The position numbers were made by a program, and so were the translations under genes. 64,000 nucleotides of DNA from Cyanobacteria bacterium auto_48_18 (GTDB lineage Bacteria > Cyanobacteriota > Vampirovibrionia > Obscuribacterales > Obscuribacteraceae). Positions 61,532 through 64,000 of the stretch are shown here, piece after piece; within the stretch, counting starts at the first letter, position 1, and each line of letters begins with the position of its first letter. The notes under the pieces were generated by a model, which did no database searches, had not been told where the DNA came from, and worked only from the letters and a program-made list of their open reading frames with translations. The stretch is from positions 1 through 64,000 of the forward strand of contig JAVHQC010000032.1 in the NCBI GenBank assembly GCA_036170915.1, given 5' to 3'.

Positions 61532-63064
61532 TTAGCGGCGCACTGAATCAGTTACCTTTTGCACTGGGGTCTCTTCTTTAACAGTGCCGTCACTCTTAAT
61601 TGACGTTTCCACTTCACTATCGTTATCGGCAGCTCTTTCTTTTTGCACTTTCACTTTTGAGCCGGGGCTGAGTTGCAATTGCCCGTCAACAACCACGCTC
61701 TCGCCAACTTTAATGCCACTGGTGATGGCCACCATTTCTCCAGAACTCTGACCGAGTTTTACTTTAACTAGTTGAACCGTACTATCTGGCTTTAACACGT
61801 AGATAGCGTTGCCCTGCTGCGTTGTTTGCACTGCCCGCGATGGCACTACAACCGACTGCCCTGCGGGAGGCATAGATATTAAGACATCCACAAATTGGCC
61901 AGGAAAGAGCTTCTGCCCTTCATTGGCAAAACTAGCGCGCAACAAAATCGTGCCTGTATTAGTGTTGACAGTATTTTCCATAAAGGAAATATGGCCCTTG
62001 ACCGCTTCAGCCTTGCGCCCTTCAACCAGTGCCTGCAACTTCAATGTGCCGTTTGCCTGCGACCGTCTTAAATCGTTGAGATACTGCTCAGGCACGGTGA
62101 CGGTAACGTAAATAGGATTTACTTGAGCGATGGTCACCAGCGGTTGAGTGGAAGTATTCGAAACTACGTTGCCCTCATAGACATTGAGGCTGCCGGTGCG
62201 ACCAGTAATTGGAGAATAAATTTTGGTCCAACTAAGTTGCAGGCGAGCTTGATCTACCAGACCCTGATCTGCGCGCAACGTGCCTCGAGCGGTCTCGATA
62301 GCTGCGCGGTCGCCCCTGGTGACCGCTTTAGCATTCTCGATTACTTTCAGGTCGGCTTCAATGGTGGCTTCAGCCTGAGTAGCGCTGGTCAATACTTGAT
62401 CGCTTTGTTCTTTAGAAACAGCGCCCTCGCGAACAAGCTCAGCGTAACGTGTCATCTGCGTATCGGTGTATTTAGCCTGCGCTTTGTCTCTGCGCAAATT
62501 AGCGTGATACTGACCGATCATAGCCTGGTCACGAGCCAGGTTGGCTTGGGCTGCCTCGACCTGTGCACGGTCACGAGCCACGTGACCTTCTGCTTGAGCT
62601 AAGGCTGCCTCATACGATCTCGGATCGATCTGGAAGAGCAAAGCACCCTTTTTCACCGTTTCACCTTGAGTGAAATGCACTTTCAAAAGCTGACCGCTCA
62701 CCTGCGGCGTAATATTAACTACTGAAAAAGGCGTGACATTACCGATACTTCTGAGTTCAATGGGCAATGCTTTCTGAGTGGCCACCGCTACAACCACCGG
62801 CACAATTTTGTCTTTGCCACTCTTTTCGCCTTTGCCAGAGGTGCCCTGACCGCCTCTTTCGCCAGCCATCTGTTTATTCTCATGATGGCTTAAAGGGCTT
62901 AGTGTATAGGCACCATATGCGCCACCGGCCAGCAGCAAAGCAATCAAACCAAATAGAACCACTTTATTTTGTTTAGGCTTAGGTGAATCATGACGCGCAG
63001 GCACACCCGGAAAATCAGGATTTTCGCGTTTAGTACTGGTACTGGTGTCAAGTTCTTCTTTCAT
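61532..63064 (-). CDS. RND periplasmic adaptor (MdtA-like membrane fusion protein)
   Basis: N-terminal TM, PQVSGQL..V.F..G..VKKG..LFQIDPR, long alpha-hairpin, I.SPITGR.G, LFPGQFV. Confidence 0.94.
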   Translation of the reverse strand: MKEELDTSTSTKRENPDFPGVPARHDSPKPKQNKVVLFGLIALLLAGGAYGAYTLSPLSHHENKQMAGERGGQGTSGKGEKSGKDKIVPVVVAVATQKALPIELRSIGNVTPFSVVNITPQVSGQLLKVHFTQGETVKKGALLFQIDPRSYEAALAQAEGHVARDRAQVEAAQANLARDQAMIGQYHANLRRDKAQAKYTDTQMTRYAELVREGAVSKEQSDQVLTSATQAEATIEADLKVIENAKAVTRGDRAAIETARGTLRADQGLVDQARLQLSWTKIYSPITGRTGSLNVYEGNVVSNTSTQPLVTIAQVNPIYVTVTVPEQYLNDLRRSQANGTLKLQALVEGRKAEAVKGHISFMENTVNTNTGTILLRASFANEGQKLFPGQFVDVLISMPPAGQSVVVPSRAVQTTQQGNAIYVLKPDSTVQLVKVKLGQSSGEMVAITSGIKVGESVVVDGQLQLSPGSKVKVQKERAADNDSEVETSIKSDGTVKEETPVQKVTDSVRR

Positions 63065-63083
63065 TTTCTCTGCCTGATGTCAG

Positions 63084-63581
63084 TTAAATTTTGGCATTCG
63101 CTTCGGTAAAAATCCCTTTCAAAAGAGACAAGCTTTCTTCAATTGAGTCTAATTTATCGGCAGGCAATTGATCTATTATGCGGGCGATTTCGGCTTGAGC
63201 GATGGCGCGGGTTCCCTGCAAGTGGTTGACACCCTCTTCGCTCAGGCTGAGAATAACATTGCGACGACTGGCCGGATCGCTGTTTCTTAAAACCAGTCCA
63301 GCCTTAACAAGCTTTTCCACCATAATCGACGCGGTGGCATTGGCCACACCAATAGACTCTGCCAGACGGCTCAAGCTTGAGCCCGGACAATTATTGATGA
63401 ATGCCATAACGCGCAACTGTGGCAGTGACGCTGGAGTTTCTGCCTGGCGCAAAACATTGCTGCGCAGGTAATACATTATGTATGGAACGGTTTCCATGAG
63501 CCTGGTAGCTACAAGGTCAGACTTTGCTTTATCAGCCGCAAATTGCGCCTGTGCCCTTTCGGGACGTATTGCTGCTTTCAC
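63084..63581 (-). CDS. MarR-family transcriptional regulator
   Basis: SLPQLRVM, LAESIGV...TAS..VEKLV..GLV.R..DP..RR..L.LSEEG; GGAGG RBS. Confidence 0.93.
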   Translation of the reverse strand: MKAAIRPERAQAQFAADKAKSDLVATRLMETVPYIMYYLRSNVLRQAETPASLPQLRVMAFINNCPGSSLSRLAESIGVANATASIMVEKLVKAGLVLRNSDPASRRNVILSLSEEGVNHLQGTRAIAQAEIARIIDQLPADKLDSIEESLSLLKGIFTEANAKI

Positions 63582-63602
63582 TCCACCCCTCCATATCTAT
63601 AT

Positions 63603-63631
63603 TTAGTATAGCTAACAATTAGATAGACTAA
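63603..63631. promoter_or_regulatory. Two tandem TTAG-N5-CTAA inverted repeats, candidate MarR operator
   Basis: TTAGTATAGCTAA (63603-63615) and TTAGATAGACTAA (63619-63631) just upstream of marR. Confidence 0.65.
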
Positions 63632-63702
63632 GTGAGTATTAATTGGTTCCAGCTCTTCGGTGGGCCAATCGAGTAAAATTACACAGCTAAGAGGAATCAG
63701 AA

Positions 63703-64000
63703 GTGCACTCTGCACATCGTTTGCTGCCAGTTTTGGGCATTCTCTGTATCACCAGCCTGCCTTGGCTGATAGAAACGCCGGCTCTGGCCAGCGGTGATAT
63801 TTTGCCGGCTTTAAAGCCTTCCATTACCCCCAGGCGCTCAAATGCAGCCCCCGCCACTCAACCTGCGCTCACGGCTGAGGGCCTTTCTGCTGAAGCGCGG
63901 AAGCTGGCGCAAGAATTGGGCATCGATGAAAAATTAGCCAGACTGAAGGCCATCCAGTCAGTTCAAAACGACAGCAGTCTGTTGCGCGCTTTGCTGCTCA
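63703..64000 (+). CDS. Hypothetical exported protein, 5' partial (runs off the right edge)
   Basis: GAGGA RBS, GTG start, open to the edge: MHSAHRLLPVLGILCITSLPWLIETPALASG...LSAEARKLAQELGIDEKL. Confidence 0.65.
   Translation, partial: MHSAHRLLPVLGILCITSLPWLIETPALASGDILPALKPSITPRRSNAAPATQPALTAEGLSAEARKLAQELGIDEKLARLKAIQSVQNDSSLLRALLL

Overview
Bacterial chromosomal segment, probably from a non-photosynthetic relative of Cyanobacteria (Melainabacteria/Vampirovibrionia, Obscuribacterales-like). That placement is an inference from the cyanobacterial-type rRNA spacer and tRNAs, the many Hanks-type kinases and TPR proteins, and the lack of photosynthesis genes. From left to right: the 5' two-thirds of a 23S rRNA with tRNA-Ala(TGC) and tRNA-Ile(GAT) but no upstream 16S, and with its own sigma70-like promoter; three tandem kinase-TM-LRR genes; tRNA-Ala(CGC); a redoxin and GT-C/YfhO-type membrane glycosyltransferases; fabV, cydAB and fabH; TPR, hydrolase and protease genes; a SulP plus two-component operon divergent from a six-gene Hyf-like complex whose large subunit lacks the NiFe cysteines (Ehr type); a HExxH+GNAT-like multidomain protein; another membrane kinase; two FHA proteins; a frameshifted gene; Sel1, DUF4139 and EamA genes; and a MarR-MFP-RND-RND efflux operon. 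The most notable observations are the unlinked 23S unit, the SulP/two-component/Ehr divergon, a 28-bp palindrome present three times (once in-frame inside a gene), and the diversified kinase-LRR array. No integrase, transposase or CRISPR array was seen. All product calls come from reading motifs by eye; no database searches were run.
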